A DNA stretch of 63,611 nt, filler included, from Rhabdomonas costata (lineage: Eukaryota): assembly GCA_019059605.1 (NCBI GenBank). It is 50 parts of 50 records of this genome, joined end to end, with 100 filler letters (N's around TTAATTAATTAA, not from the genome) between each part and the next. Parts side by side here need not be neighbours in the genome. Positions count along the whole stretch, not along the records: positions 61,164 to 62,337 come from JAHMHO010025036.1; positions 62,438 to 63,611 come from JAHMHO010025037.1; 48 more parts are not named here. One strand, given 5' to 3'. The notes under the pieces were generated by a model. That model saw only the letters and a program-made list of their open reading frames with translations, did not search any database and had not been told where the DNA came from. Both the position numbers and the translations under genes were made by a program. This document shows positions 61,164 to 63,611 of the stretch, one piece after another. Position 1 is the stretch's first letter. Every line of letters starts with the position of its first letter.

Positions 61164-62337
61164 GGTGGTTGGGGTCATCTCTGCCATACGTCGCTCTGAG
61201 GTTGCCACCTGTGGAACTGCTATCACCTGTGACATTAACATTCCCACTTGCACGCTTCTTTTGGAGGACATCGCCGAAACTACTTCAGGGGGTGCAATGT
61301 CATTTTCCTCCAATGTTCTCCGAACTACCTCCTGATGGGCTTGGGACGTTCCTCCGTTGAAATTCTCAAAACTCGCAAAGTTTTCATTGTTTCTACGTAA
61401 AACTGGAGCTTCCGTGGGCAAAATAATTATTGGGCGGTCACTTGGACTTTCTTTACCACCCACTCCCACTCCAAAATTCACATTCTCAACGAGACCTTTG
61501 GATGGGTCGGGAGAGGCCCAGCATACGGCCCCATTCATTTTGGGCTTTCGGGTCTTTTTCCAAACACAGTGCTCCCATGCGGACTCAACGACCATCCGAA
61601 AAGCTCCGCCTTCGCCAGCTCGCAGTCGCAATACACATGTGCAGTGTTTCCAAAGTAAAAAAATACCTCGACGGCTGCTGAGGTCTGGCGTCCTCCAGTC
61701 ATGATCGAGCAAACGGAGATCTTTCACCAGATTCCAAGGAACTCGCTGACACTTGTGTTCTCGACATTGGCCTCTGCACTTGCGGGGTCGGAATTCTCGG
61801 CCTCCCGCCTCGTTTTGGTGACGGAGATCTCGCATACCCGTACCATCGACCACGTCCAGCAAATCATCTTCTTCGGAAGCTACCTTCCACTCTTCCAAAG
61901 CTAGGCCTGCGATTCGGCGAGGGGGTTCTTGATGCGTTGAACTGCGGCTCCCTAGGGTTTGTAAACATCACTGATTGCGCGGGAACAGTCGTCGCTAACT
62001 GTGGTCCAGTTGTTGACATTGCCGAAAAGAGATTTGGAATTTCAGGAATCACTGAGATGCCTAATAAACCGTACGAAAACTTCGGCTGGTCTCTGCTACC
62101 TGATGTCAAAAACGCCGTGCTTCCTGAGAATGGAGTATAACCATACCTCATTGCATCCGACTACATCCCTGTTACCTCAGCTGCGACGGGCTTTCTCAGC
62201 GACGCTTCTGGCACTGCTACAATCACTTGGGGCGGGGATCTCGGCTTGAAATAATAATCCCAGGCTTTTTCAATTGCTTCTTCCAAATATTGCGGATTAT
62301 CCGCCATCACCTTCGCCTGGATGTCCCCATCCAAACC
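61164..62337 (-). mobile_element. Degenerate LTR-retrotransposon gag remnant
   Basis: GLDGDIQAKVMADNPQYLEEAIEKAW (capsid C-terminal GL..I...P..LEEA motif), then an R/S-rich linker and a decayed zinc knuckle FFYFGNTAHVYCDC (61663-61622); many stops and frameshifts. Confidence 0.6.
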
Positions 62338-63611
62338 NNNNNNNNNNNNNNNNNNNNNNNNNNNNNNNNNNNNNNNNNNNNTTAATTAATTAANNNNNNN
62401 NNNNNNNNNNNNNNNNNNNNNNNNNNNNNNNNNNNNNTGTTGTGTTTAGGTTGCTGTTGGTTGCTTGCGTGAATTGCTGTGGGTTGCTTTTGACTGGGGT
62501 TTGTGTATGAGTCTCGGGATGTGCGTGGGCTGTACTGGATGTATCTGAAGGTGTGGTGTTGGATGTAGGATGGTGTACTGGGTATTGGATTGGATACTAT
62601 GTGTGGGTTGGTGAATTATTTGCGCTTTGTAGATGTTGGGAGGTAATGCATGTGGTGTGGGTGATGCTTGTGGTGTCCTGGGTGGTGTTAATGTTGCTGG
62701 ATGTGGGGTTGGGTGTGCGTGCTGTGGTTTTTGGTGGCTTTATGTGCATGGGTTTTTCTAAAACTTACGGTTACTAGGGCTTGAGATTTTGGTTGCTTGA
62801 TGCTATGGAAGATCAAGCAACGGTTTCCTGCGTTTATGCATTCGGTGATCAAGGGTTATATAGCTTTTACTATCTTGGGATACCATGGGTGGGGTTGGTG
62901 TGGGTGTGGGTGTGGCCGCGAGTTACTGGGACTTTGGTGTCGGTGTGTGTATCTGTTATGCTACTGGTTTATTAGCTACTTGTAAGCATTCGTGTCATGG
63001 TTTCAATTGCGTTGTTGCTTGGTGTGGGTTGAGCTGCATATTGGGTCCTTGGTGTTGTGTTTCGGTCATTGCTCATAGATTGTTTTAAATGGTTCTCTGT
63101 GTGATATGTTTCAGTTCCGGTTTTTCTGGTGTGTGGTGTATGCTGCGTGTGTTGTTGGTACGTTGTGTGAGATTGCGTGCGCATCGGATGCTTTGGGTGG
63201 TGATGAGGGGTCCTAGACAACAAATCCGTATCACCAAGATCCGCAGGACTACATCCAAGCCACAGTGGGCTACCCACACATGATCGCACCTGTCAATACT
63301 GCGCCAAGTTGGTCACTTAATCAGATAATGTCCCAGTGGAGCACTGGTGGTCGTGTAGCTTGCCGATGGGAGGTGTAAACGTAGGGCTGAGGATTGGTTT
63401 ATCCAGAAGTGATGGTAAGTCACACGCTGTCCACTACTGAACCTGTTGTTGTATAGAGCTGGGAATAGTGTTACAAGTATTGTAATAGTGTAGTAATTGT
63501 ATCAGAAAGGACAGACTACCTGGTGTAGACGAGGCTCTTGGCTTAGTTCTTACTTAGCCATCTTCCTGCGACGATGCGCACGCGACGAACAACCAACACC
63601 AAACCACAACC

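Noticed and set aside
61116-61898. 260-aa minus-strand ORF as an intact gene
   Set aside because: The recognisable gag and zinc-knuckle motifs lie in other frames, so this looks like a shadow or partial frame of a decayed element.

Overview
This window is not a contiguous locus. It is a pseudo-scaffold of about 50 unrelated contigs of ~1,165-1,177 bp joined by a 100-bp artificial linker (N44-TTAATTAATTAA-N44), so adjacency across linkers means nothing and ORFs ending in X/LIN are artefacts. Most contigs begin with G/T-only and end with A/C-only bases, and six have terminal fold-back inversions. This points to a degenerate-primer whole-genome-amplified (probably single-cell) library. The DNA comes from an intron-rich flagellated eukaryote with TTAGGG-type repeats, most plausibly a euglenozoan/euglenid (inference). 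Short GC3-rich exons encode cytoplasmic dynein-2 heavy chain, p28/DNALI1, CFAP97-like, COG3, Rpn12, a MAPK, a NAK kinase, an E1 enzyme, a CNG/EAG-type channel, an SDR, ankyrins, Cys-rich repeats and TM-HAMP adenylate cyclases. Mobile DNA includes Ty3/gypsy-like gag and protease remnants (one with a trimeric dUTPase directly after the protease), a DIRS/VIPER-like RNase H, possible Merlin/IS1595-like transposase N-termini and an unclassified dispersed repeat. The leads most worth checking are: an intronless >=391-codon ORF resembling Polinton/Maverick-type DEDD nucleases (49695-50868); the protease-dUTPase retroelement; an in-frame TAG in an otherwise intact exon; atypical 5' splice sites (possible GA and GC donors, GTxT bias); and a one-strand cluster of GCGNAGC mini-hairpins. 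All family calls are from motif recognition; no database search was run.
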